Assembly (NCBI GenBank): GCA_038885755.1 | Contig: JAVZZH010000003.1 | Span: forward strand, 128,432 to 192,431 | Length of the DNA: 64,000 nucleotides | Direction of reading: 5' to 3' | From: Candidatus Caldarchaeum sp. | Lineage (GTDB): Archaea > Thermoproteota > Nitrososphaeria_A > Caldarchaeales > Caldarchaeaceae | Shown: positions 10,206-20,279 of the stretch, in pieces | How positions within the stretch are numbered: position 1 is the stretch's first letter | How the letters are laid out: every line of letters begins with the position of its first letter | Notes under the pieces: generated by a model | Databases searched by the model: none | Told to the model about the DNA's origin: nothing | The model's input: only the letters and a program-made list of their open reading frames with translations | Made by a program: the position numbers and the translations under genes

Positions 10206-10451
10206 TCCTGAAGGCTGGTTGGGCGGGATGGCGAGGGTCTACGCCGCCTCCCGTCAAGTTTAAAACAACCCTCAACCTCTCAGCAAGCTTACAGGCCGCT
10301 ACCGTCGGTCTCCATGTCTACGTCCGGCACCAGCGCTGAGCCTGTCTTTCAGCAGGCTGAAGGGCTTCTCGTCGCGAGTAGACCAGCGGGGTTGGCCGGA
10401 GGCTCCGCTCGTGATTTTTCTCGCCCTGTTAACCTCGTCTAGCGTAATCAT
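10206..10451 (-). pseudogene. Eroded remnant of a threonine/serine dehydratase (IlvA/TdcB-like)
   Basis: ATG overlaps the MFS stop (ATGA); MITLDEVNRARKI, RPTPLVYS in a shifted frame, then EKPFSLLK and KLAERLRVV; most of the gene is deleted. Confidence 0.55.
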
Positions 10452-11599
10452 GTATTCGCCGCTGACTTGTGGCGCCTCACCGCTTTGAAGAAAACCAGAA
10501 GGGCTACTGCCTGTACGGCCACTGCGTAAGCCAGCATGAATGAGACAGGCGTGTTCGTCTCTATCAGCGAGCCGTATGCTAGGCCTGCGGCTGCGCTGCC
10601 GAGACCTATTCCAAGCCCGTAAATGGCGTAGGCGTTTCCCAGCCCATCCTTTTCAGACAGCTGCGCGACAACCGCCCTGAACACAGACTCCTGAGCGCCG
10701 ACGACCACGCCTACGAGCAGAGCGCAGACCATAAGCAGCGACACCGGCGAATAGATAAACAAAGGCGGCAGAACAGCGATGAGGAAAGCTGAGACAACCA
10801 CCTTGACTCCATACTTGTCGAAGGACCTTCCCAGAACGAGGCCTGCCGCGGCGTCCACTATCATCGCAACGGTGTAGGCCGCTGGCACAAGCCATGAGGA
10901 CGAGCCTGATGTGTAAGAGACCATGTAGAGAACTAGGGGCAGGGGCAGCAGGCCTGCGCAGTTCAACGCAACCGCCGCCGAATAGAGCAACACGGGCTTC
11001 GACGGTCTTAGTTTTGAAGCTTCTCTAGCTGGCTCGCTGTAGCTGGGGAGGATAGCCAAGGCTGCCACTAGGATTGCGTATGGTATTGCTAGGGATATGA
11101 AGACGAGGGGTGTCGAGGCGAAGAGCGTCAAAACAACTATGGCTAGCAGCGGCCCGGCGGTGGCGCCGACTTGGTCCATCAACTCGTGTATGCCGAAAGC
11201 CGTGCCCAGACCCACTTCTCCCCTCATCCTAACGAGCATAGCGTCTCTGGGAGGCACTCGGAGACCCCTAAACACTCTTTCGGCGAAGGCGAACAGCACA
11301 ACCATGAACCATACGGGGATGAACCCCATCAACGGAATGACGAACAACCCTCCGTACCCCGCCTTCACGAGCGTCGAGTATTTTCCAGTCCTGTCAGCTA
11401 TCAGGCCTCCGAGGGGTCTCGCAGCCCATCCCGCAAATTCAGCCAAGCCTAGAGAAGCTCCGACGATGAACGCATTCATGCCGAGCTGCCGCATGTAGTC
11501 GGGCAGGACAGCCCTACCGCCCTCGTAGACAAAATCCCCGAGAAGGCTAACTAAACCTATCAACAGCACAGCCCGCAGGCCTGAAGCCGTCTTAACCAT
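10448..11599 (-). CDS. MFS transporter
   Basis: VSLLGDFVYEG, GLIADRTG, PPRDAML, G.AFGIHELMDQVGA. Confidence 0.9.
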   Translation of the reverse strand: MVKTASGLRAVLLIGLVSLLGDFVYEGGRAVLPDYMRQLGMNAFIVGASLGLAEFAGWAARPLGGLIADRTGKYSTLVKAGYGGLFVIPLMGFIPVWFMVVLFAFAERVFRGLRVPPRDAMLVRMRGEVGLGTAFGIHELMDQVGATAGPLLAIVVLTLFASTPLVFISLAIPYAILVAALAILPSYSEPAREASKLRPSKPVLLYSAAVALNCAGLLPLPLVLYMVSYTSGSSSWLVPAAYTVAMIVDAAAGLVLGRSFDKYGVKVVVSAFLIAVLPPLFIYSPVSLLMVCALLVGVVVGAQESVFRAVVAQLSEKDGLGNAYAIYGLGIGLGSAAAGLAYGSLIETNTPVSFMLAYAVAVQAVALLVFFKAVRRHKSAANT

Positions 11600-11600
11600 T

Positions 11601-12389
11601 CTAGCTCTTCAACCTATGAAGTGTCCTAATAAGTTCTATCACCTCTTCGAGCTCATTTTCAGACAGCTTCTCAACCATGTCCAGTTTCTTCTTGATGACT
11701 TTCTTGACCTCCTCTGATGTTGATGAGCCTGTGTTGCCGGGCGTCGTGAGTATAGCTGAGGCGAGGGTCGAGATGAAGACGCCGACAATCGCGATTCCCG
11801 TGATCATCAACACGGAGCCAACAACCCTTCCCGCGGCGCTCACAGGCACAACGTCTCCGTAACCGACAGTGGTGACGGTGGCTAGGGCCCACCAGAAAGC
11901 ATCGCTCCAATCCCTGATCCTAGATTCGGGAAGGTCTGACTCCAGCAGGTAGGCCGCCGAAGTCCCGATGAAGACAACAGCAGCAGCGAAAGAAGTCAGG
12001 TAAAGCAGGCTGCTTCGTCTCAGTATGTCGGAGTACCGTTTGAGAGTTCTTCCCGTCCTGATGACGACGAGGCCGAACCTGACTATCCTGAACAGCCGGA
12101 AGCTTCTCATCACGGCTCCGATGACTGTCTGGGTCTCGAGGGCGTAGAACAACGCCAGCGGGAGAAGAGCCAGAACCTCGTACCAGTTTTTGGCAAGGTA
12201 TCTGGAAAGGCTCCCCGAAGCCCTTGCCCGTGAATAAAGGTCTGCGGCAAGAACCAACACTATCAGCCCGTCCGCAGCCATCAAACTCAGACCTTGTTCG
12301 AAAGTCAACTCCATCAAGTAGTCGAGTATTATCAGAACTATCGAGACGACGCTTAGAGAGCTGATCACTATTTCCTTCGAGGAGACCAT
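11601..12389 (-). CDS. Voltage-gated potassium channel (KvAP-like, 6 TM)
   Basis: TTVGYGD selectivity filter; S4 [10 protein letters not shown]. Confidence 0.95.
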   Translation of the reverse strand: MVSSKEIVISSLSVVSIVLIILDYLMELTFEQGLSLMAADGLIVLVLAADLYSRARASGSLSRYLAKNWYEVLALLPLALFYALETQTVIGAVMRSFRLFRIVRFGLVVIRTGRTLKRYSDILRRSSLLYLTSFAAAVVFIGTSAAYLLESDLPESRIRDWSDAFWWALATVTTVGYGDVVPVSAAGRVVGSVLMITGIAIVGVFISTLASAILTTPGNTGSSTSEEVKKVIKKKLDMVEKLSENELEEVIELIRTLHRLKS

Positions 12390-12403
12390 GTTCTCGAGGG
12401 TTG

Positions 12404-13441
12404 CTACTTTGCGTAAAAAGTTTTTTTAACGATGACGCTGCCGGGGCCCGTCGCTATGAAGCAAGCCACGGCGACCACCGTCAACAAGCCTGAAAGACTC
12501 CACAGGCCGAGCTGGACTGTGTAGGCCGACGCAACCCGGGCGATGGTTGAAAGCTGGAGTAGTGTGAAAGGAATGTAGAGGATTGGGGTGTAGAAATGGC
12601 TTATCTTCATGATGGCTGGGAAGATGATGGGGGCGTGGGCGAAGACCATAGAGCCTACGAAGCCTAGGAATATCGAGTGAAGCATGGCGTCGGTCGAGGA
12701 GGACGTGGCCCAGATCAAAGCCGCTACGGCGAGCCAAGCGTAGGCGACGGTAAGGCCTAGGGCCAAGTATCTGCCAAACCCCCTCCGCCCGAGGAACTTT
12801 AGAGCGACGTCATGTTTCACCGCTGTGATGAGCAGCGTCGTGAAGGCTGCTGCGAAGAAAAGCTTCTCAGCAAGGGCAAGGCCCATGAACAGAAGGGGTA
12901 TGCTGAGCGAGGCTATGAGGTAGGTATAACGGCTTGCCTTAGCTATCTTCAGCATGTCCATCCTCTCGCCTAATATGAAGGTTATGAAGAACCCTGCCCA
13001 TGCAAAGACGTAGTAGGTAGTGGGATAGTCGAGGATGAAGAACGTGTTCCCGGTCAGCAGGAGGATGCTGGCCGCTGCGAAGAATAGGTTGGAGAAGTTT
13101 TTACGGAATTTGATCACCATCCACAGGGCCCACAGAGCGAATGACAACCCTCCTCCAAGCCATAGGACTGCTGTGAGGAAATCTGATGAAAAAACCAGCA
13201 ATAGACCGCCGCAGCTGAAGAAACCGCTCGCCACTTGCATGAACACGTTGTTCAAGGCTATGGCTCGTTCAGCGGCTATGAGGGCTGCGAGAAAACCCAC
13301 AACCAGCAGAGGGCCGTGGTAGAGAACTATCTGCTGGGAGGGTGGTTGGATAACTCCCATCCTTGAAAGGCCGCCGGCCAAGCTTAAAGCGAGGCAGATG
13401 AATGAGGGAGGAAGCAGAAGCCTTCCATGGCGGCTGTTCAT
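12404..13441 (-). CDS. Multi-pass membrane protein, NnrS-like
   Basis: HGPLLVVGF...[25 protein letters not shown]. Confidence 0.6.
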   Translation of the reverse strand: MNSRHGRLLLPPSFICLALSLAGGLSRMGVIQPPSQQIVLYHGPLLVVGFLAALIAAERAIALNNVFMQVASGFFSCGGLLLVFSSDFLTAVLWLGGGLSFALWALWMVIKFRKNFSNLFFAAASILLLTGNTFFILDYPTTYYVFAWAGFFITFILGERMDMLKIAKASRYTYLIASLSIPLLFMGLALAEKLFFAAAFTTLLITAVKHDVALKFLGRRGFGRYLALGLTVAYAWLAVAALIWATSSSTDAMLHSIFLGFVGSMVFAHAPIIFPAIMKISHFYTPILYIPFTLLQLSTIARVASAYTVQLGLWSLSGLLTVVAVACFIATGPGSVIVKKTFYAK

Positions 13442-13458
13442 TCTTACACGGAATAAGC

Positions 13459-14487
13459 TTAAAGCTTCTTAAGAAGGTTCTCTAAATCCTGAACCTCTCT
13501 AGCAACCCGCTTCTTCGAAAGCCTGTTCAGATGGTTTTCTATGGCCGTCTTTGACTTCTCAAGCAAGTCTTCCGCCGAGTCGGAGCTGATGACCTCTAGG
13601 TTGAAGGTTTTAGCCAGCTTGAGAAGCCTTTCATCAACTTGGCTGGTCGCCAGCAGAAGCGTGGCTCCTGCTTTCACGTCAAAGCTTTTGGTGAAAGACT
13701 CGTAGATTTTAGACTCGTTCGCCTCGGAGACTATGTCGGCGACAACGCCTGTGGACGGGTCTTCCTTGAACTTGTTGACGTACAGCGTGAATTCGTGTAG
13801 TATTCCAGACAACCCGGCTAGAGTTGCTGGGCTGGCTATGTAAATTTGCTTGGAGGCGAAGTAGCTGATCAGAGGCGAGAGGTCGATGTAGGCTCCGTAA
13901 AACTTAGACAGATTGTCGGGCAGAACAACATACCTGTAGATTCCCGTTAACGTCAGCTCCTCTTCGGCGCTGGCTCGGAAACACTTGTTGCAAACATACC
14001 TCTTGACAGTTATACCCGAAACACGTCCACACGCCAAACATTTGTAGAAAACACCTGCACGTCTGTAGTCCACGCCCAGTGCTTGAAGCTGTTTCTTGCA
14101 TTTAGGACATTCAAAGGCTTTTTTGTAGAACTCTTGCTCAAAGTCGACGTGGCCGCATACGAGGTGTTCGACCACGTTGCCCCTCAGAAGCCTTCCTGAA
14201 CCACACGTCGGGCATGCAGGCTTCAGCGAAAGGTAGATGTTGTTGCAGTCGGGGCAGGACATCACAGACTCGATGAGTATCTTGTCAAAAACCCCCTTCT
14301 CATGAAGTTGCTCCAGTATTTGGACGGCTTTTGAGCTGTCCACGTTAAGCTTCTTCTCGATGAGGATGTATCTGTAGCCTGTCTCGTCCAGCGTGGGCTC
14401 GATGCTCTCGATCTTGGAGTCGATTAAAAGCTTCGCGACTTGGCTCAACCACGACCCGTCAACCACCACTCTTGTCTCATAACTCAT
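13459..14487 (-). CDS. TackOD1-like multi-zinc-ribbon protein with C-terminal restriction-endonuclease-like domain
   Basis: GYRY...CPDC...CPTCGS...EHLVCGH...CPKC...GVDY...CLAC...CNKC; C-terminal GLSGILHEF. Confidence 0.75.
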   Translation of the reverse strand: MSYETRVVVDGSWLSQVAKLLIDSKIESIEPTLDETGYRYILIEKKLNVDSSKAVQILEQLHEKGVFDKILIESVMSCPDCNNIYLSLKPACPTCGSGRLLRGNVVEHLVCGHVDFEQEFYKKAFECPKCKKQLQALGVDYRRAGVFYKCLACGRVSGITVKRYVCNKCFRASAEEELTLTGIYRYVVLPDNLSKFYGAYIDLSPLISYFASKQIYIASPATLAGLSGILHEFTLYVNKFKEDPSTGVVADIVSEANESKIYESFTKSFDVKAGATLLLATSQVDERLLKLAKTFNLEVISSDSAEDLLEKSKTAIENHLNRLSKKRVAREVQDLENLLKKL

Positions 14488-15109
14488 CTACTAGCCGCTC
14501 CTTCAGACTCCTCAGTTTCCTATGCAGTAGATCCTTTAGTAGTTTTCTCGAAAGGTCGTCTATTCCATGACCAAGCTTGGCGGAGGTTTCGAAGTAAGCT
14601 GTGTTCGTCTCTTCGCTTATCTTGGCGGCCTCTTGGTAGGCGACTTGCCTGCTAGACTCGTCGAGTTTATTACCGATTATGTAAACTAAAGCATCAGAGC
14701 CCGCCTCACGAACCCTTCTAATGTAGTGGACACTCTTGATGAAGGTGATGCGGCGCGTGAGGTCGAAGACGACGAGAGCAGCGTCAAAACCCCCCTCACC
14801 ATCCACAAACCCCTTGGCAAGCTCCTTAAACCCGAGGTTGATTTCAAACCCGTCAAGCCTCACACTCTTCGCCAACTCCTGCGACGAACTCGGTCGTTCG
14901 CTTGCCCCAGCCAGTCTATTTATCAGAGTCGTCTTGCCGACTTCATCCTCCCCGACCACGATAACCGTGAAGCTGTAAACATACTTGGCTTGTACGGGCC
15001 GTTCCAAACCTGCGGGAGTAAGCGGCTCCCCGCAGCGCATGCAGTACTTTCCTGAAATCGTTCGAGAGCCGCATTTGCTGCAGACCACCCAAGACCATGC
15101 AGAGCTCAT
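14477..15109 (-). CDS. Rab/Ras-like small GTPase with N-terminal zinc ribbon; G2/G3 degenerate
   Basis: CSKCG/CMRCG, GEDEVGKT, VFDLT, GNKLD, ETSAK. Confidence 0.85.
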   Translation of the reverse strand: MSSAWSWVVCSKCGSRTISGKYCMRCGEPLTPAGLERPVQAKYVYSFTVIVVGEDEVGKTTLINRLAGASERPSSSQELAKSVRLDGFEINLGFKELAKGFVDGEGGFDAALVVFDLTRRITFIKSVHYIRRVREAGSDALVYIIGNKLDESSRQVAYQEAAKISEETNTAYFETSAKLGHGIDDLSRKLLKDLLHRKLRSLKERLVDEL

Positions 15110-15191
15110 GTCCTCCTGAACTCTGCATTACCCCCTCTTTGATGCATAAAAATATATAGGTGCCCGGATTTCACCGGGTTCGTCGGCTCTT

Positions 15192-15482
15192 CTACTTCTT
15201 CGCTGTCTTAGGCTGCGACAAGATTATCTCTATGGTGCTGACGTTCCGCTGTCTGCCGTCGTTCCCCACTCTCCCCTCCTCTGTTCCTATGTTGACCTTC
15301 TCGACGACTGCGTTCTGGACAAACCGTCTACGCACGACCTCGACGACGTCAACCGCCTTGGCTATGGCTCGTCCACGGGCTTTCAGCACTACTCGTTTGC
15401 CTTCAGCGAGAGGTAGAGTGGTGGCCAGCACGTAGTTCATCGTTGGTTTCTTTCCTATCAGGACAACGGAGTCTTCGACCAT
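15192..15482 (-). CDS. albA: Chromatin protein Alba
   Basis: VLIGKKPTMNYVLA, KARGRAIAKAVDV, VSTIEI. Confidence 0.97.
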   Translation of the reverse strand: MVEDSVVLIGKKPTMNYVLATTLPLAEGKRVVLKARGRAIAKAVDVVEVVRRRFVQNAVVEKVNIGTEEGRVGNDGRQRNVSTIEIILSQPKTAKK

Positions 15483-15531
15483 TCGTGTCGCCTCTGGCGC
15501 TTTATAGCTATGATATGCGTCGATAAAAATG

Positions 15532-16290
15532 TTAACGCAGGCCGGTTAACAGGCTTTGAACAAGCTGCGACGAGGGCCGTGGCTCAGCGTCGTTTAAAAC
15601 TTTTAACACGGTCTCGCCGTTCACCCGGATCGCTGGCTCTCGAAGGCTCTCGGCATGGTCTTGGCCGAGCAGGGAGACTACCGGGAACGGCTCGCCGCCG
15701 GGCTGGAGCCTGTAAGCAACATCTCTCTGGACGTGGGCGGTGAGCGGCTTGGATGATGAGGGTGGTTTGAACGAGTATAAATATGAGAGGCTTGTCCGGC
15801 CCCAGCTTACGGTTATCGAGACAGCTGAGTTGGGCCTTGCCTCGACCTTAACGAATCCGGAGGCCTTTTTTTCATCGACGCTGACGTGCTGATACAGCTT
15901 CAGGCCTTCCCATTCGACGGGGTTGCAGTCGATGGTTTCGTCGCTGTGTGCTGTGGGTTGTTTGTGGCTGAAGGTTATTTCGTTGTATGCAACGGCTTCC
16001 TCGAGAAGCGGAGTAGCCCTCGTCACGTGGAGAGTCGGGGTTTTGAATAACTGCCCGCCGAACGTGCAAGCGGTTATCTCGGCCTCTGAGTGGCGGCGCG
16101 GCTCAACTCCCAGCTCCGATATGAAGAACTCGGGGAGGAGGGCGAAGGGGAATAAGCCGAGACGTCTCCTAGGACAGACTAGCATGACGCGATAACCTTC
16201 CCTAGCAAGCCTCACCGCCTTGGCGACAGCGAATACCGACCCTCCAAGAACCAGCAAGAACTCGGCGGAAACACTTGACCGCATCGGCAT
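15532..16290 (-). CDS. Hypothetical protein with degenerate FAD/Rossmann N-terminus
   Basis: LVLGGSVFAVAKAVRLAREGYRVMLV resembles a dinucleotide-binding motif. Confidence 0.45.
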   Translation of the reverse strand: MPMRSSVSAEFLLVLGGSVFAVAKAVRLAREGYRVMLVCPRRRLGLFPFALLPEFFISELGVEPRRHSEAEITACTFGGQLFKTPTLHVTRATPLLEEAVAYNEITFSHKQPTAHSDETIDCNPVEWEGLKLYQHVSVDEKKASGFVKVEARPNSAVSITVSWGRTSLSYLYSFKPPSSSKPLTAHVQRDVAYRLQPGGEPFPVVSLLGQDHAESLREPAIRVNGETVLKVLNDAEPRPSSQLVQSLLTGLR

Positions 16291-16347
16291 AAAAGGTTGA
16301 CGTAGGCCGTGTCATGTTTTTTAACATCTCCATCCAGCCTATTCACC

Positions 16348-17220
16348 GTGATTTCCCCGTACAGGGAAGCGTCCGAAGAGGACTTGGCCAAGGCGTGTCT
16401 TCCGAGACGGGTGTCGTCTAGGAAAGGCGAGAACGGCGTTGTACTCGTGGTTGGTGGGAGCTGGCTTTACCACGGAGCTCCATACCTTGCAGCCATCGCT
16501 GCCATGCGCACGGGCGTCGACCTCGTCTACGTAGCGGTCCCCGAGAAAATAGCCACAGCCATCCGCGCGATGTCGCCGTCCCTCATAGTTTTCCCGCTTC
16601 CCGACTCAAAGCTTACAGCCCGGAGCATAGACAGGTTGGGCAAAGCTCTGGACGACGCAACCGCTGCAGCTGTGGGTCCGGGGTTGGCGAGGGGCAGTGA
16701 GAAAGGGTTGCTGAAGCTCGTCGGACACCTGTCCGAGACCGGCATCCCCATGGTCCTCGACGCCACCGCACTATTCGCCGAAGTACTCCTGCGTGTTTCT
16801 GGAAGAAAGTGCGTGCTGACCCCTCACGCAGGCGAGTTCAGAAGGCTTTACGGCTCTGACCCCGGGTCGGAAGTGGAGCAGAGAGTTGACAGAGTGCTCG
16901 AGGTCAGCAGGCTGCACAAGGTGGTGACGATTCTGAAGGGCCCTGTGGATGTTGTTTCGGACGGTGTCGAAGCCGTCGTCAACCGGAAACCAGCCATAGC
17001 TGCAGCCATGACTGTCGGCGGGACCGGCGACGTATTGACAGGAATTGTCGCCGGCTTCTTGGCGAAGAAAGTTCCCGAGATGAACGCCGCAGTGGCGGGT
17101 GTTTACGCCAACGGCCTCGCAGGCGTTGCCGCTGCGCAGAGGAAAGGCCTCCACATAACTCCGGAGGATGTTTTGGAGGAGATTCCGCTTGTTTTGAAGA
17201 AATACGACCATGTTGTCTGA
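16348..17220 (+). CDS. nnrD: ADP-dependent NAD(P)H-hydrate dehydratase
   Basis: KGENGVVLVVGGS, GPGL, VLDA, LTPHAGEF, GGTGDVLTG; probable GTG start downstream of a TATA-like box. Confidence 0.93.
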   Translation: MISPYREASEEDLAKACLPRRVSSRKGENGVVLVVGGSWLYHGAPYLAAIAAMRTGVDLVYVAVPEKIATAIRAMSPSLIVFPLPDSKLTARSIDRLGKALDDATAAAVGPGLARGSEKGLLKLVGHLSETGIPMVLDATALFAEVLLRVSGRKCVLTPHAGEFRRLYGSDPGSEVEQRVDRVLEVSRLHKVVTILKGPVDVVSDGVEAVVNRKPAIAAAMTVGGTGDVLTGIVAGFLAKKVPEMNAAVAGVYANGLAGVAAAQRKGLHITPEDVLEEIPLVLKKYDHVV

Positions 17221-17277
17221 CCTCTAGAACGTGCATAAAGTTTTTCACAGACTAAAACCTTCTGTAGACGTGCCGGG

Positions 17278-18495
17278 ATGACCGTCCGAATAGGGTTAAT
17301 CGGTAAAACCAACACGGGCAAGACCACTTTCTTCAACGCAGCCACCCTCCAGTACGCCGAAGTCTCCTCCTATCCTTTCACCACGAAACAGCCGAACTAC
17401 GGAACAACCTACGCGATAACTCCCTGCGTCTGCAGAGAGTTCAACGTCAAAGACAACCCGCGCAACTCTCTGTGCGTAGAGGGGTACAGACACATCCCGG
17501 TCGAGCTCATCGACCTTCCCGGTCTGATCAAGGGCGCTTGGGCCGGTAAGGGGTTGGGCAACCAGTTTCTCTCGGTCGCGTCTCAAGCCGACGCCCTCAT
17601 CCACGTCATAGATGCTTCGGGCAGCGTTGACGAAGAGGGCCGCATCACCAAGATGGGCGTGGGCAACCCGCTCGCCGACTTCTACGACATTCAGGAGGAG
17701 CTGGTGATGTGGTTGATGCGGCTCATCGACAGGCAGGAGGACAAGATTCTGCGGAGCCTGAAGTCTGGAAAGGCGCTTCCCGAAGCCATGGCGGACGTCC
17801 TCCACGGCATCAAGATAACCAGTGCTCACGTGTCCACGGCTCTGAAGAGCTCCGGACTCCAAGACAAGGATTTCGAAAGCTGGACGATGATCGAGGACAA
17901 GAAATTCGCCGAGAGATTGCTGGAGGTGTCCAAGCCGATGATAGTGCTTGCTAACAAGATGGACTTGGAGACCGCTTCATCGAACTTCGAGGTCCTGCGT
18001 GAAAGCCTCACGAACTACATGGTTATTCCGGCGAGCGCAGAGGCGGAGCTTGCCCTCCGCAGAGCCGTTCAGAAAGGCTTCATCAAGTACATCCCCGGGC
18101 AGGAGGATTTCGACATAGTAAAGCCTGAGATGCTGACAGACGAGCAGAAGAAGGCGCTTGAGTTCATAGAGTCTAGGGTTCTGGGCGAGTACATGCGGAC
18201 GGGTGTACAGTTCGCCATAAACGTGGCGGTGTTCAAGCTTCTCGGCATGGGTGTGGTGTACCCTGTCTCCGACGCTGCCAAGCTCTCAGACAAGTCCGGC
18301 AACGTTCTTCCAGACGCCTACCTCATGCCTCCCAACTCAACGGTCAGAGACCTCGCCAGAAGCATCCACTCAGAGCTCGAGAAGGGCCTTCTCTACGCGG
18401 TAGACGTCAGAACCGGTCTTCGTCTGCCCGGAGACTACAGGCTGAAGGACCGCGACGTGCTGTCGATCGTTTCAGCTCTCCGCAGAGCTGGCTAG
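17278..18495 (+). CDS. ychF: Obg-family ATPase/GTPase YchF (archaeal type) with TGS domain
   Basis: GKTNTGKT, YPFTT, DLPGL, GLGNQFL, NKMD, C-terminal TGS. Confidence 0.93.
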   Translation: MTVRIGLIGKTNTGKTTFFNAATLQYAEVSSYPFTTKQPNYGTTYAITPCVCREFNVKDNPRNSLCVEGYRHIPVELIDLPGLIKGAWAGKGLGNQFLSVASQADALIHVIDASGSVDEEGRITKMGVGNPLADFYDIQEELVMWLMRLIDRQEDKILRSLKSGKALPEAMADVLHGIKITSAHVSTALKSSGLQDKDFESWTMIEDKKFAERLLEVSKPMIVLANKMDLETASSNFEVLRESLTNYMVIPASAEAELALRRAVQKGFIKYIPGQEDFDIVKPEMLTDEQKKALEFIESRVLGEYMRTGVQFAINVAVFKLLGMGVVYPVSDAAKLSDKSGNVLPDAYLMPPNSTVRDLARSIHSELEKGLLYAVDVRTGLRLPGDYRLKDRDVLSIVSALRRAG

Positions 18496-19028
18496 ACGGG
18501 CTCGAGATAGTAGGTGAAGAATCCTTCCGGCTCTCTCCTTTTGACCACGAGCCTCACAGGCATGCCTATTTTCAGCGTCTTCACGTCTTCCACAGCCATC
18601 CAGCACAGCAGGTTGAAGCCTTCCTCCAGCCTCGCGATTGCCACCACGTAGTCGGGGTAGTGGAGGTAGCTGGCAGGCTTGACGTTGATCACGGTGTATG
18701 TTAATAGTTGGCCCTTCCCGGACAACTCAACCCATTCCAAGTTCTCGTCCATGCATGCGGGACAGTCGGCTTGAGGTGGGAAGTAGTAGACATTGTTGAC
18801 CGGGCAGCGTGTTGCGTAGATTTTCCCCTCCCGCAGACCGTCGAAGAACCTCTTGATCCGTGCTATCGGCAGAAGATATTTGAGCCGGAGCTCTCTCACG
18901 TCAACCCATAGAGGGTCTCCTGTCTTCTCGTCAGGAACGACTGGAAGCCCTTCACTGCGTGTAATCTGCTCAACGGTCTCAAGCCACGCCTTAACCATCT
19001 GGTCGACCGCCTCCTTCGAAAGGCTCAT
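18492..19028 (-). CDS. DUF35 zinc-ribbon/OB-fold protein (thiolase partner)
   Basis: RCP...YFPPQADCPAC, GQLLTYT; adjacent to a thiolase. Confidence 0.9.
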   Translation of the reverse strand: MSLSKEAVDQMVKAWLETVEQITRSEGLPVVPDEKTGDPLWVDVRELRLKYLLPIARIKRFFDGLREGKIYATRCPVNNVYYFPPQADCPACMDENLEWVELSGKGQLLTYTVINVKPASYLHYPDYVVAIARLEEGFNLLCWMAVEDVKTLKIGMPVRLVVKRREPEGFFTYYLEPV

Positions 19029-19032
19029 CGAA

Positions 19033-20217
19033 TCACCCGTTCTTCTTCAGCGAGAAGACGGAGACGTAGGCGTAATGTCCTGTTCCGCCGACGTTGTGGG
19101 CGAGACCAACACCGTTAACCACGTCCGCCTGCCTCGCCCCTCCAACCTGCTGGCGGAGCTGCTTGGTTATCTCAGCAGCCATGCTTATGCCCGTAGCTCC
19201 TATGGGATGGCCCTTCGCCTTGAGCCCGCCATCCAGATTAACGGCGATCAAACCGCCCTTGTAGGTCTCCCCCTCCCGTGCGAGAAGATAGCCTCCGCCG
19301 CGTTGGGCGAAGCCGAGGTCTTCGTAGGCAAGGATCTCCGCTATCGTGAAACAGTCATGCACCTCCGCGACGTCTATCTGCTTGTGAGGCCTGGAAGGGT
19401 CGATTCCCGATTTTTTGTAGGCTTGAGCTGCCGCGTCCCGGGCTGCTCTGAGGCCTAGGAAGTGGGGTCGTTTGCTCAGGTTGGAGGTGTCTGAACCATA
19501 GCCTATCCCCCTTATCCACACAGGTGTGTCTGTGAGCTTTCGAGCTGCTTCAGCCGATGCCAACACCACTGCAGCCGCCCCGTCCGTTATGGGGCTGCAG
19601 TCGTAAAGCTTCAACGGCCATGCAACATACTTGCTTTTCATCACATCCTCGACAGTTATCTTCTTCCTGAAAGAAGCTATCTCGTTGAATGAAGCGTAGT
19701 AGTGGTTTTTCACTGCCACGGCCGCCAAGTCCTCCTCCCTCGCCCCGTATTCGTTCATGTAAGCTGTTGCGTACAAGGCGTAGTATCCGGGGAACGTAAG
19801 GCCGAACTGGCTGAACTCCCAGAAGTAGTTTCCAGCCCTGCCTATCAACTCGACAGCCATCGGCGTGGGCACTTCGTTCATCTTCTCCACCCCCACGGCT
19901 AGGGCGATGTCTGCGTTCCCTGAGGCGACCATGCTGTGAGCCGTCGCAAGGGCCGCTGAGCCCGACGCGCATGCTGCCTCGATGCGGTACGTCCCGACGC
20001 CTGAAAGGCCTGAATACTCGTTTACAGCGATCGCCGGTAGGGGCTCGGCGCTCCATCCGCCGACGTTGGAGAACGAAACCATCTGAACGTCTTTCTGTGT
20101 TATGCCTGCGTCCTGCAGCGCCTTCTTGACCGCCTGCCACGCCAGCTCGGCGAGTGTCATGTCGGTGATGCGCCCGAACCTTGACTGGCCGACGCCGACT
20201 ATCGCTACATCTCTCAC
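19033..20217 (-). CDS. Acetyl-CoA acetyltransferase (SCP-x type thiolase)
   Basis: EAACASG, CSPITDGAAA, EVHDCF, GHPIGATG, HNVGG. Confidence 0.96.
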   Translation of the reverse strand: MRDVAIVGVGQSRFGRITDMTLAELAWQAVKKALQDAGITQKDVQMVSFSNVGGWSAEPLPAIAVNEYSGLSGVGTYRIEAACASGSAALATAHSMVASGNADIALAVGVEKMNEVPTPMAVELIGRAGNYFWEFSQFGLTFPGYYALYATAYMNEYGAREEDLAAVAVKNHYYASFNEIASFRKKITVEDVMKSKYVAWPLKLYDCSPITDGAAAVVLASAEAARKLTDTPVWIRGIGYGSDTSNLSKRPHFLGLRAARDAAAQAYKKSGIDPSRPHKQIDVAEVHDCFTIAEILAYEDLGFAQRGGGYLLAREGETYKGGLIAVNLDGGLKAKGHPIGATGISMAAEITKQLRQQVGGARQADVVNGVGLAHNVGGTGHYAYVSVFSLKKNG

Positions 20218-20279
20218 AGCAGTACAAGTTTATCATGCACTTATTATGGATACTTATCGGTTGAGGGGTATACGATGGA

